Assembly (NCBI GenBank): GCA_010093745.1
Contig: MU005969.1
Location: 186,001-242,698, forward strand
Direction of reading: 5' to 3'
Length of the DNA: 56,698 nucleotides
Origin: Piedraia hortae CBS 480.64
Taxonomy: Eukaryota
Both the position numbers and the translations under genes were made by a program. Below the pieces are notes generated by a model. It was not told where the DNA came from, did no database searches, and saw only the letters and a list, made by a program, of their open reading frames with translations. Positions 19,001 to 30,475 of the stretch are shown here, one piece after another (the first letter of the stretch is position 1; each line of letters starts with the position of its first letter).

Positions 19001-19876
19001 ATGACAGGGGAGGATTTCAGCTAGGATGGATTGGGCTCTGACGGTGGAGGGGAGGCTGCGGCGAAGAGGGATTGTTGCTCGACACGAACCATCAGAGCTC
19101 TCAACAACATAGCCTATCTCATTGTAGGAAAAGCCCTAAAACAAGGAGAAGGTAGCGAAAAAAAAAAAGGGCTTCAATGGATGCATAAAATTGCAAGGCT
19201 GGAAAAACTAAAGCACAGCCTCCATTCGCAGCGTATTCAACGACAAACAAGAATATCCATCATCGAACCTGCAGAACAACAAACAGCATTCCTAGTCAGC
19301 AATTCTCCACCGTAAAGCATCTCAACAAGTCAAATATCCATATTTCCCGTTCCCCGTTCTCATACCAATACCAACATTTCCATCACAAGAAGCATACCAT
19401 TCCTCTTCCGCTCTACATGTTTCAATTCAACGCAAACAGCATCCCCAAAGTAACCAACAGTTCCCTACAAGCATCTCAGCTTACCCCTCACGGTCCATAT
19501 CCTTCCAGTGCACTAGGGATACCAACCTTACCTTACAACCAAAGAAAACATAATCAAGAACCGAACGTAGAAACAGCGAAATGGGTGCATACATACACGA
19601 GCCCTACGCGGGGGAATGGGGGGGAGGGGGGGAGGGAGTGAAGATGATCACAAAATACAAGACCATCACTACAGTACCGCCTCAGCATGAATTCAGTCAA
19701 CTCACAAAATGAGTAATTGCGGCTTCCACTCCAACGAAACGCACCATCCCATCAAAAATCTTCTACATAACGCAATAGTTGCCATCACAGACCCCACAAA
19801 TCTCTACAGTAAACCTAGGATCGAGTTTCAAAAAAAAAAAAAAAAAAACATCCACATATGTACCCCTACAGTTACA

Positions 19877-22800
19877 CTACTGGCCCCTCATCCTCTTTTC
19901 CCCGCCATACTCCCCAGTAGAATCATACCCCCTTTTACGTCCCTGCATGGGAGTCCTCCTCTCCTCCTCCCTTCGAGGCTGAAATCCCCTCCTATTCTCA
20001 TACTCAAACTGCGAAGCAGAATGCTGCGCAGCAGGCCTCCTCTGCTGACTCTGATTTTGATTCTGATAATCCCGCCTCTCCCACCCCCCTCTCCTCTCAT
20101 CACCCCACTCCTCCTCCCTCCTCCTCTGCGTGGGATTATGATACCCCCTTTGCTCACGATCGCGATATCCTCTCGAAAACAAATCCTCCCTCTGTCTCCC
20201 CCGCGCCGGCTCCATCGGCGAAGCGATCGATTGAGGCTGGGACCAATTATTCGATGCGCCGCGGAACCCATAGTCTCCTCCTGGGCCGTTTCCGCGGGGA
20301 CTGGACGCGTTGGGACGCTGTTGGCGACGTTGCCAGTCGCTTGATGAGGGGCCGGCGGGTGGGAGGGGGTTTGTAGGTGAAGGACCCGTTGGAGCGCCGG
20401 CGGGGGGACGGTTGGATGTCCTTGGACCTGAGGGCGTAGTTTGTAGAGGAAGGATGCGTGCTCTTGAAGGGTGGATGCTTGGTCCTCCACCGCCGCCGGT
20501 GGGACGGTTTCCGAAATCGTCACGGTTGTTGGTGGAGGTGCGGTTGTAGTCGCGTGGGTTGGGGGGTAGATCTGGGGGAGCTTTGAGACGGCCGTAGGAT
20601 GTATCGCGGTTCATGTCCAGATCCGCGACGGGTCGTCTAGGGCCTGAGGGGGGAAGGGGCATGCCTTGTTCGCGGCGATGGTCTGGTTTTGGTGGTATCC
20701 GACTATTTGGTCGGGAATCGGAGTACACGTCGTCTTTGGAGTCCCAGTCTCTGCGACGGTCTCCGCCTGGTCGACCGTGTCTAATGTCAAAGGAACGGCT
20801 GGGTTGACCGGAGTTGGATGCAACAGACGGAACAAAACCAGATTGCTCATCTCGTCGAGGCGGTGAATGTGCTCGATTGTTATGGCTGGGTGACGGCTCA
20901 CGCGAGGCTGCAGGACGCGAATCCCCAGGGCGGTCGAGTCTACCGTACCGCTCATCGTTGCGAGGCGCAAACCGTCGTCCGGCCCGAGCGACGGGTGGAG
21001 GAGGCAGTGGCTTGTTATGCCGTGACGAGACCAGATCGTGCGCAGAGCCTGTTCCATTCGCAGCTGGCGTCGGTTCCCTGGTGGCCACAGCAGACCTCGG
21101 CGGATCCATCGACGAAGCAGCCACGGGAACTTCAATCTCCACCCGTTCCGGCGGCTTGGGCGTAGCCGTCCGCTCCTTCTTGGCCTCATCCTCCAGCTCT
21201 CCGTCCTCTGGCCCGTCTGGAGCCGGAGTCGCCGGCTTGAACTCTGTAGCCGAAGGATCCAGCTTGGTTCCCGAGGGTTCATCCGTCTTGCTGAGCGTGG
21301 TCCTCTTGTTCTCCTTGGACGCATCATTAAGACGAAAGGCCTGTGGCATGATCCACTTGGGGAGCCCACGCCTCAGAGGACCAAGAATCGACATGGCCAT
21401 GGCCTTGATGTCGGCTCGAGAATCGTTTGACAACTTCTCCATTGCCTCAACCAAGTGCTTACCGTGGTAGGTCAACTGGGGAAAATTGTTCACCATTGCC
21501 TTGAGCACCAGGATGCCGTTCCTAATGTGACAATGTTCGGTCGAATCAAAGCACCAGATGAGGGCATTTCGGAGAAAAGTGTGGCAGTTGCACACCATGC
21601 GGCGATAATGCTCATAGTCCATAAACTTCCAGCTGCTGGAGTCGTTGTAGTCAATCGGCCCAATCACAAACCCAGGCAGAGGCTGAGCCGTTTGGCCCGT
21701 GGCTTCCCTTTCAAACGTCTCTTTGCTGGCGTGCCACTGTGTAAGCAGCCAGACAATGTCGTTGAGGAAGCGGCCGAAATTGCTGGCTTCGTCGGCCGTG
21801 CACTGGCAGATGATGGGAGCCAGCTGCTGCTTGCAGAACAAATGGTTGATGAAGTGCGTCATGCTGAACCCAGGCACGCCGCGGTCGTGTAGGGCTTTAA
21901 CCATGAGGAAGCAGTAGTGGGCATCCAGCGGAGACGCCATGGCGCGTGGAAGCAGACAGTCCTGCAGCAGGGCCGCGTGGAGAGGATCGATGCGGTCACG
22001 GTCCCTCGACCGATCAAACCAATGCACTGATTCTTGGTTAAGACGTGCAGTCACCGCCTTGAGACGGTTCTGCAGACCGCGTCCCTCCGCGTACAGCTTC
22101 AGTCTGTGCGCGTCTTCCTCCAGATGCTTCTGCTTGTGCGCCATCAACAGATTTGGGTGCATAGACGTCAGACTCTTGGAGCGTTTCTCCTTTTCCGCTG
22201 CCGACAGAGCCTTGGTGGCGGGATAACGGCCTTCTGGCGCGTGAAGGTCGCAGGGCAGAAGCGTCCAAAAGGTGACAAAGAATGCGACGCTGATGCCGTT
22301 CTGTCGGTCCTCCACAACGCTAGGCAAACGCTCAACAATTGGTTCCAGCACTGGGTGGCACCGGGCCGTCTCTTCGCTGGTCTCTGCCATGATTACATCC
22401 CCCGTATCGTCCTTTGGTACTTCGCCATCTGCATTTGTGACGACTTCCTCAGTCTTTGGTTCCTCCGTCTTCGCTTCATCTTCTGCTGCGTCTGGCTCGG
22501 CCTTTGCCTTCTCCGTCGTCTCGTCGACAGCCTTCGCTTTAGCGATGGTCTTGGCAGAGCTGTCATGCTCCTGCATCCGCTGCGAGATTGCCTTCCGCCA
22601 AATGGCAAACGCAGCACTGGGACGGAGCCCAAACTCGCCAATCAACTCGATAACGCCCGGCACACTCTGCTCAAACTCATCCACCGACATGGTAATCCTG
22701 AGCACCTCGAGGTATTGCGTAAACACCTGGCCCACCATGTCCATGTTGTTGCTCAACACTTTCAACGGCATCGTGCGGGAGAATTCACGAAAGGGATACA

Positions 22801-25800
22801 TTTGCCATTCCTGGGCGAGGGCGATGAGGATCTGCCCGGCCAGATGACCGTCGGAGAGCGATTGGACGAGACGCTTGGCCGAGTCCTTGCACAAATGCCG
22901 CTTGTCGCCAACCTGCTGCAGGAGTTCACTGACCAACAGCTCGCCCGTCGTCATGGTCAGCAGCTGGTGCTCGTTGAACTCCATGTCGAGACGCACGCCC
23001 GCCATTTGCGCCAGGATCTGCTGCAGGATCTCAAGGTTGGTTGAGTCGCCGTTGCGCAGCTCATGGGCGACGTAGCGCAGCACCGGGGCGGGATTGTAGC
23101 TGGGATACCGCTGGATGAGAGCCGCCACAAACTGCGACAGCGCCTGCAGCCACTGGCTGGTCAACATCCCGTCGGCCTGTTGCCGGTCACGGCCGCTGCC
23201 GCTGCCGTTCAGAGAATGCACCAGACACCAGGTGAGCACGTCAAAGGCCAGCGGTGGGAAATGGCGCATGCAGCCGACGAGGGCATTGGTCATGTTGCTG
23301 TAGCTCTCGATCTGGCTGATCATGTACAGGATGAGCACGCCGGACGCCGAATAGGCCACTTTGCCCAGAGCCCGCGCCTGGCTGTCGACGTTGTCGTTGG
23401 AGATGCGCCGCATGATGTTCTTGACCTCTGCCCGGATGTAGTCAAACGCCGTCTTGACCTGCGGCAGACGCGAGGTGCGGCCAGTGAACCACTCGGCATA
23501 CATCGAAAACCGCGTGGCCAGCGGGTACAGCTGCAGCAGGCTGAACAGTTCGTCCGTCAGCCCTGGATTGTGTCTCGTAAAGCTCGAGGCCGGCACCAGC
23601 AGACGAGTCATCAGGTCCAGCCACCGTTTGCGGTTGGACTCTGAGCCGTCTTTGGTCAAATCTTCGCGGGCAAGACGTAGCATGGTGCCATAGACGACCA
23701 CATCCTGGCCTATCTGCGGCCCTACAAAGGTCATGAGAGAGTTGCAGAGCAAAAGAACGTCGTCGAGCGAGTGGCACTGCGGTAGGATATCGCTCCAGGC
23801 AGCGTAGTAGTAACGGCCCTCGTTGCCCTCCTTGTTCATGCCCTCAAGCTGTAGCCACTTGATTAACGACCGCTGCGGCCGCTGCTGATCGCGAGGAAGA
23901 CGCCCGTCTTCACCAGCCGTGGTGTCAGACACGCCAGGAGAGCTCTGGCTGAGCCCCGAGTGATTGCCCGAGTTCACCGAGTCAATGACCGGCGCCAGCA
24001 TGAACTTGATAACGCGATGCAGGTATGGAGGCAGAGTTGGATCAACGTCCATGAACCAGGGATAGCGGCCGAGGATGAATAGAGCCTCGGGAATGGCCCC
24101 AATGGCTAGGAGAGCCTTGAGCAGATACAGCTTCTGGTTTTCCGGCAGCGGAAGGTCTTCTTCTTCTTCTTTCTTTTCTTCTTCCTCCTCCTTCTTGTCA
24201 GGCCGCGGAGTGGTGGCAGCACTGCGTTCGGAACGGAGGAGGCGATTATTAGGCACCGTGTCGTCGGTAAGAGAGCCAGCAAGAGCCAGAGCGTTCAGAC
24301 CGCCGCCTGGCCTCTCCCTGGCTTCTCTCTCTGCCTTTTCCCGCTCCAGCCGCGTGCGTTCTTCGCCCATCTCGTCGTCGGCCGGGTACAGATGCGGCCA
24401 GAGATCCCGCAGCGAGATGAAGCCGATTTTGATCAGCAACGCGGTGAAATGGACCAGGTTTTCCGGTAGAACGTCCTGAACGGTGCGGGCGGCAGATGCG
24501 TAGAACCTCAGCTTGAAGCCCAATAACTGAGCCGCTTCCGGGTTCCCCGACGGCGGCAGCTGCTTCGTCTCCCGTGCGTATTTGTGATACGCAGCTGCTC
24601 TCTTACGCCGGTCGTCGCCCTGTGTCTTTGTGTCCGCCACGGGCTCGTCTTCAACCGTCATCTCCATTAGAGCGTCTTCATCTACGATCTTGCGTGCGCC
24701 CAAGTCCAGAAACGCCTGAATTCCTTTCTCTTTACACTCGTTCCAGAACTGCACGTCTCTCTCCATCTTCTGCTCCTCGCTCATCTGGTCGAATCCGACA
24801 TGTTCCGAAGCATCCGGCAGAGCCCAGCTGGGGAAATTGCTGACCGGAGGCTCCTTGACTTTCAAATGGTCCAGCGGCTGGGCACTCGGCCACCACGAAC
24901 TACAGCGGTAGAAGCGGATGATAAATGCAAACGCCCTGACGACCGCATTGGCCCCGATATCCATGGTGATATCCAGTGTGCGGCCCACATCGAGGTCAAA
25001 CGCCCCCACGAGGGCCTTTACGCGCTGGAAAGCAGCATCGGCAACAGAGACATCGACGCCCTGATGGCCGCTGCTGGCGTCCACCATGTCAAAGTACTCG
25101 GTCATTAGTTTTGCATAGCCTTCAGACTCTTCTCGCAGCAGGTTGAAGTTGGCCTGGCGGTAGAGGAGATTTGTCGTTTTGCGGATGCGCATCCGCTCAA
25201 ACGTGCTCTGAACAAGGCCGATGCTCTGCAGCTGTGAGACGTCCAGTACGCGACGCATCACGTCGGGATCAATGTCTGTTGATGCCAGCATCATGCGCAG
25301 GGCCGCGCTCTTGTGGTCGGCATCGGGCAGCAGCGAGACCACGTCCAGGAACAGCGATTGCACATCCATGTCAGGCCGATCGAAGATGGCCTGCCGAACC
25401 AGCTTCCCCGCTGCCACCGCGCTCATTCGTCCGTCCAGCGCAGAGCGCAACAGCTCCTGCAGTACTATGGCGACAACTGTCTGATCGGCCGCCTGTAGCT
25501 CCGCCGCCAACGCCTTCTTCCCGTCGTTTTCCCATGACGCCACGTTCTTGTCTGTTACATAGTCGTACAGGTAGCGCGGCGGCTGTGCTGTCTGCTTCTG
25601 TGCCGGAGTACCTGCTGGGCTGTGTGACTGGGCAGCCTTGGAATCAGCCAGCTGCTGCGCGGCAGGACTTTCGGGCGCCATCTTGGGGGTAGCGACCAGC
25701 TGCTCTGTATGGCTGTCCACTTCGCGCTGGGCCAGCGCCAGGTCCTCCGGCCGGTGCGGAGACTGGCGCTCTATGTCTGGCTCATCTGATCTCTTGCGTT

Positions 25801-25822
25801 TGCCTACGCTGGTGATGTCCAT
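19877..25822 (-). CDS. THO2: THO complex subunit 2
   Basis: LYRQANFNLLREESEGYAKL, GAFDLDVGR, AAQLLGFKL, QIESYSN, WLQALSQF and HIRNGILVL motifs; 1981-aa single ORF with an R/D/P-rich tail. Confidence 0.95.
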   Translation of the reverse strand: MDITSVGKRKRSDEPDIERQSPHRPEDLALAQREVDSHTEQLVATPKMAPESPAAQQLADSKAAQSHSPAGTPAQKQTAQPPRYLYDYVTDKNVASWENDGKKALAAELQAADQTVVAIVLQELLRSALDGRMSAVAAGKLVRQAIFDRPDMDVQSLFLDVVSLLPDADHKSAALRMMLASTDIDPDVMRRVLDVSQLQSIGLVQSTFERMRIRKTTNLLYRQANFNLLREESEGYAKLMTEYFDMVDASSGHQGVDVSVADAAFQRVKALVGAFDLDVGRTLDITMDIGANAVVRAFAFIIRFYRCSSWWPSAQPLDHLKVKEPPVSNFPSWALPDASEHVGFDQMSEEQKMERDVQFWNECKEKGIQAFLDLGARKIVDEDALMEMTVEDEPVADTKTQGDDRRKRAAAYHKYARETKQLPPSGNPEAAQLLGFKLRFYASAARTVQDVLPENLVHFTALLIKIGFISLRDLWPHLYPADDEMGEERTRLEREKAEREARERPGGGLNALALAGSLTDDTVPNNRLLRSERSAATTPRPDKKEEEEEKKEEEEDLPLPENQKLYLLKALLAIGAIPEALFILGRYPWFMDVDPTLPPYLHRVIKFMLAPVIDSVNSGNHSGLSQSSPGVSDTTAGEDGRLPRDQQRPQRSLIKWLQLEGMNKEGNEGRYYYAAWSDILPQCHSLDDVLLLCNSLMTFVGPQIGQDVVVYGTMLRLAREDLTKDGSESNRKRWLDLMTRLLVPASSFTRHNPGLTDELFSLLQLYPLATRFSMYAEWFTGRTSRLPQVKTAFDYIRAEVKNIMRRISNDNVDSQARALGKVAYSASGVLILYMISQIESYSNMTNALVGCMRHFPPLAFDVLTWCLVHSLNGSGSGRDRQQADGMLTSQWLQALSQFVAALIQRYPSYNPAPVLRYVAHELRNGDSTNLEILQQILAQMAGVRLDMEFNEHQLLTMTTGELLVSELLQQVGDKRHLCKDSAKRLVQSLSDGHLAGQILIALAQEWQMYPFREFSRTMPLKVLSNNMDMVGQVFTQYLEVLRITMSVDEFEQSVPGVIELIGEFGLRPSAAFAIWRKAISQRMQEHDSSAKTIAKAKAVDETTEKAKAEPDAAEDEAKTEEPKTEEVVTNADGEVPKDDTGDVIMAETSEETARCHPVLEPIVERLPSVVEDRQNGISVAFFVTFWTLLPCDLHAPEGRYPATKALSAAEKEKRSKSLTSMHPNLLMAHKQKHLEEDAHRLKLYAEGRGLQNRLKAVTARLNQESVHWFDRSRDRDRIDPLHAALLQDCLLPRAMASPLDAHYCFLMVKALHDRGVPGFSMTHFINHLFCKQQLAPIICQCTADEASNFGRFLNDIVWLLTQWHASKETFEREATGQTAQPLPGFVIGPIDYNDSSSWKFMDYEHYRRMVCNCHTFLRNALIWCFDSTEHCHIRNGILVLKAMVNNFPQLTYHGKHLVEAMEKLSNDSRADIKAMAMSILGPLRRGLPKWIMPQAFRLNDASKENKRTTLSKTDEPSGTKLDPSATEFKPATPAPDGPEDGELEDEAKKERTATPKPPERVEIEVPVAASSMDPPRSAVATREPTPAANGTGSAHDLVSSRHNKPLPPPPVARAGRRFAPRNDERYGRLDRPGDSRPAASREPSPSHNNRAHSPPRRDEQSGFVPSVASNSGQPSRSFDIRHGRPGGDRRRDWDSKDDVYSDSRPNSRIPPKPDHRREQGMPLPPSGPRRPVADLDMNRDTSYGRLKAPPDLPPNPRDYNRTSTNNRDDFGNRPTGGGGGPSIHPSRARILPLQTTPSGPRTSNRPPAGAPTGPSPTNPLPPAGPSSSDWQRRQQRPNASSPRGNGPGGDYGFRGASNNWSQPQSIASPMEPARGRQREDLFSRGYRDREQRGYHNPTQRRREEEWGDERRGGWERRDYQNQNQSQQRRPAAQHSASQFEYENRRGFQPRREEERRTPMQGRKRGYDSTGEYGGEKRMRGQ

Positions 25823-26737
25823 TCTGCGTGTCTGACTTGATCACAACGGGGAAAACAATAAAAAAAAATAAAATAAAATAAAAAGGCCAGAGTGTGCGGG
25901 TCAGTTGTCAACGAGTGTCGCGCTGTCCGTTGGCAGCCGTGACAGGAGTCTCTTGTGCTGCTGTTCACGCGACGCCCGAAGTTTGCCCGTGAGCCGGACG
26001 TCACCCAAGTCAACAGTCCAGTAACAGAATGTTCACTCGGGTCAACAGAGCTGACTCTAGGATATCTTTATTCAATAGAATGTAACTGGCCCCGTCAGGC
26101 TGAGTTCAAGGATGTGTCACGTGATGACCATGTACAACGTCCCCTCATGTATGCAGCATACATAACCATATTATTTTTTTCGTCTTAGTGTACTCACACC
26201 ATCAGTTCGTCCCCTTTAACTGGCCGCAATACTTGAAGTCACAGAAAAATCATCTCCACAGATCACGTCACCCAGCCGCACATCAACCCAACTCTCAGCC
26301 CCAACTGTCAATTCTACTCCCTCATACTTCAAGGTAAATAGAACGCAAGCGATGAGGTCCTCTTCGTACAAAGTATCCAAAACACTCTTCGTCCACTGGA
26401 TATCCAATCACCATGACATATCCATCTCCCACAGACCTTCTGATCCCCCTCGAACGCCCCTGTAGCCCTACCCTCGCAATAGCAGAGCCCGTAAATCCCC
26501 TAACACATTCGTACCCTTCCCTTCCACATTCCACCCACTCACCTCCCCTGAACGATGTTCACACATCCCACCCAGTGATCTCATAAAACACGTCCTATGT
26601 CGATCCCAACCACGAAAATCACCATCCGCAAACTCTGCCAATCCCACCCCATCAACGTCAAAAGATAAAAACTTCAATATCCTAAACCCATGGTATCAAC
26701 CCGTCCCGTCCCCCAACTCCCCTTTCCAGTAAAAATC

Positions 26738-28290
26738 TCAAAACATCTTTCTCATCTCATAATCCACATTCGTGGTCCTCACAACCGCAATCGTCTCCGG
26801 TTTGTGCAGTCTTTCATCCTCACCCTCATCATCGGCTTGATCAACGCACGTCGTCGGTGCGCTTCGATGGTTCGATCGCAGGGTCCCTTCTTGTGGAGCG
26901 TAGCTTTGACATTCGTATGATGAGCTTTTGCGTGTTAGTGATGTTGTGCGGCGGAGCACGATGGCGAATTCGGGAATGCAGGCTGCTATTATTGCTGTTT
27001 AATCAGTTAGCATGGAATAAAGAGAGGAGGTGGGTGGACTGGGATTAGGGGGAGGGGGGGNNNNNNNNNNNNNNNNNNNNNNNNNNNNNNNNNNNNNNNN
27101 NNNNNNNNNNNNNNNNNNNNNNNNNNNNNNNNNNNNNNNNNNNNNNNNNNNNNNNNNNNNNNNNNNNNNNNNNNNNNNNNNNNNNNNNNNNNNNNNNNNN
27201 NNNNNNNNNNNNNNNNNNNNNNNNNNNNNNNNNNNNNNNNNNNNNNNNNNNNNNNNNNNNNNNNNNNNNNNNNNNNNNNNNNNNNNNNNNNNNNNNNNNN
27301 NNNNNNNNNNNNNNNNNNNNNNNNNNNNNNNNNNNNNNNNNNNNNNNNNNNNNNNNNNNNNNNNNNNNNNNNNNNNNNNNNNNNNNNNNNNNNNNNNNNN
27401 NNNNNNNNNNNNNNNNNNNNNNNNNNNNNNNNNNNNNNNNNNNNNNNNNNNNNNNNNNNNNNNNNNNNNNNNNNNNNNNNNNNNNNNNNNNNNNNNNNNN
27501 NNNNNNNNNNNNNNNNNNNNNNNNNNNNNNNNNNNNNNNNNNNNNNNNNNNNNNNNNNNNNNNNNNNNNNNNNNNNNNNNNNNNNNNNNNNNNNNNNNNN
27601 NNNNNNNNNNNNNNNNNNNNNNNNNNNNNNNNNNNNNNNNNNNNNNNNNNNNNNNNNNNNNNNNNNNNNNNNNNNNNNNNNNNNNTGGGAGACAAACCAT
27701 TAGAGCTGTTCCAGTGGTACATGTTCTCGCAGGAGACGAAATTACTCACGACTGCGACGATCCATGACTGTTTCGTCGTTAGCGGAGTGCGATGTAGGAG
27801 GAGGTTGGGGGCTTTTGGGGAGGGGAACTTCGGGGGAAATACGATTGGGGAGACATACCAGCAAGCAAAACACAAAAACAGCCCACCACCACCGAATATA
27901 ATGCGGCAGTCTGATCATAAGTTTCCTGTAGAGAAACAAAAACGAAAACTTGACCGCCCAAAGAATCGCCCAAAGCAGTTCCGTCGTCGCCAGCATTACC
28001 GGAACCGTAATATGCACATCCTCAATAATCCCCTCATAAGGAGCCATGGACCCGACTTCGACAGCTGAGATTTTGTACATTTTCCGTACGATGACGAGAT
28101 AGCATATGCACATCCCTAAAAAGAAGATGTAGGCGATTGAGATGAAGACGTCTTCGGGTTGAAGTCTGGGTTGTTTGGAGCTTAGACGGCCACAGAAACG
28201 GCCGAAGAAGGAGATGGTGGTTAGGATGATCATGGCGATCGCCGCGGCGCGGACGGTGCCTTGCGTACTGAAGTTTTCGGCGGAGCCCAT
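26738..28290 (-). CDS. PTH11-like integral membrane protein (fungal rhodopsin domain), interrupted by the assembly gap
   Basis: R..GR...LQPEDVFISIA, LWAVKFSFLFLYRKL; intron 27858-27768; exon SWIVAVVSNFVSC. The last exon, after CTAAC...CAG (26995), begins IIAACIP, the family's TM7 motif. Confidence 0.8.
27061..27685. other. Assembly gap (625 N)
   Basis: Run of N. Confidence 1.
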
Positions 28291-30475
28291 TGTGAGTTTG
28301 AGGGAGGATGGATGTGGGAAGAAAGGGTTTAGAGCATGCCAGATGCGTCGGTCCCTTGCGGACAACAGAATTTTTGGTGGTGAGTCTAGGTGCAGAGGGG
28401 TTCAGTCCTGAGACGGCGTGGCGGTCGAGTCAAAGGCGCGTTGAGTTTAGGCGACTTAAGGGGATGGGAAGAAGTAGAAAGTTTGAATGACGGTTCTGAA
28501 AGGCGACAGTTTTGAAAGGGAAATGGGCAAATTATGACTTGCCTACATAATTGCCTCGACAAGATGAGCACTTCAACGTTCGACAAAAGGACCCAAGTTC
28601 CGGTTCCCTGGCCCGGGAACCGAATAACAACAACTGGGGGTCCCTCTTTTGGTTGGAGGGAACGGACTAAATTCCTTTTTTGGTCTAGAGCATCAGCATC
28701 ACGTGTGGCTTTTTACGGCGAATTCCGCTGCTAACATGTCGGATGTTCAAAGCCTGGCTGTGACGCCCCAATGCGTTTTCCGTCGCGGGTTTTTCTGCTG
28801 TGCAGATGCTGCAACATTGCTGACGTGATGGTTCATGTTCTCCCCGCAGAGTTTTCGACTTTTGTGAAACACATCATGCACGGGGTAGAGACGATCCCGG
28901 TGACAATCACCTTTGATCGTCTCAGAAACAACGCTAGCGGCATATCCCCCGACATTTTCAATACTGTCCCTGTCGCTGTCCACGTCATCAAGATGACTCT
29001 GCTGTAACACTCGCCTGCGCCAGAAAAGGAACACCCCCCCCCCCCCCCCTTCCCGTGTGACCCCGCCGTGCATGTATACGTCCCCCAACGGAGTTGCGTT
29101 ATCTTTTCCAGCCACCATCTGTGCTTCACGCCTGCGCCGCTTTGGCTCCCTTTTCGTTTCCGTTACATCCAGGGGCTGTCTGAGCACAACTGTCTGTACC
29201 ACGGACTGTTCTAGGTCTGCACAATAGAAATTCTCTCAATTTTGCTGCAGCAGTCTATTTATTCCCAAGCTGCAACAATCCTTCTCTCTATTTCTGTCAA
29301 GGGTATGCTGTACTCTAGTAGTGCATGCAGAAGCGTATTTACCTTTACCGGCCGACGCCCAACAAACGGCTACGGGTACGCTCTCTCGCTTCCTGCCGTT
29401 TAGACCCATCCCATTCACCGTTATTCCCCCTTGAAGGCTTGAGCGTGGCTGCGTGTCAGAATTGTCTCTCCTTTAACGTCACCATATCTCTCTCTCACCC
29501 GCTTTTTAACCGTCCTTATCAATCTAGATCGATAGATCAGTCTCTCAGGTTCGCTCGCCGAGGGATAGGCAGGTCCCTAAGGTTTGTCCGCGAGGGAGCG
29601 TCCCGGTCGGGATCCACGTCCAAACCAGGATCGATCAATCCATGCCGTCGATCACGTTTGTACATTCCCCGACAAGTCGGGTTAACAGCAGATCATTCGT
29701 AAAAAGAACTCGGGTGAGCCACGTGTATTTGCCCTACCCGAGCCTTTCCCTGTTCTGTCTATTTCTCCCGGAAGCGTGTAAATCGGATGAGTTCCCCGGT
29801 CCGAAGAGTCGTTCCCTGTCCTTTCTCTCCCCCCTTAGGAGTGTAGGTCAGATCAGTCCCCAGTCTGGAGGATCTCTCCCTATCTTATCCTGCCTTGTTC
29901 ATTCACCGGACGAGTTTGTTCTCGAGGGTGAAGCCCCTAAACCTTATAAACCGGACGACCTGTCTTCCGAGGGAATCTCCCCTACCCCCGGAGGAATGAC
30001 TATCCGCGACTTGCACTCACGGAAGACAAAAGCTGAAGTTACAACCAATCATACAGGGATTGCGGAACGAGTTTTACTCCCACGTGTAAAAAGTTTGTTC
30101 GATATTGCCCTCCCACGTGGTTATACGGAACGTTGGCCCAGATTATTGCGGATGCCGTTAATGGAAAAACAATCCGAGGGGAGCAGAGACCCTGGGGGAT
30201 AAAACTTCCAACGAGACTAAATTCTCAGATAGACAAAACTCATGGGACAAATTCACCCGAGAATGTCGCTGAGCCCTCACAGAACCACTACATAACTCTT
30301 CACAGAAACCCACCGTGGATACCCGACCTCACAGAAGTAGTGAACTCTTTCTACCAACCTACTCAAAACACCTTCTCCCCCCACAAAACCCTCGCCAAGA
30401 AAAACCCATTGAACCCCATATGGTCTCTAGTATCATACACCCCAAACCCCCACCCTCATCTTCCATATCGTCCCC

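Noticed and set aside
22034..23644. Long antisense ORFs opposite THO2 (and similar ones opposite MYO2 and FLX1)
   Set aside because: Typical antisense shadows of high-GC3 coding sequence.
26121..26127. GTGATGA as a snoRNA box C
   Set aside because: No box D or rRNA-complementary guide at a suitable distance.
26216..26690. Fragmentary acidic minus-strand ORFs downstream of the PTH11-like gene
   Set aside because: Could be a decayed gene, but there is no identifiable family or consistent exon structure.
26999..27875. ORFs containing long X runs
   Set aside because: Artefacts of the 625-N gap; only the SWIVAVVSNFVSC exon is real.
29934..29943. CCCTAAACC as a plant-type telomerase template
   Set aside because: A 9-nt match is expected by chance; no supporting elements were identified.
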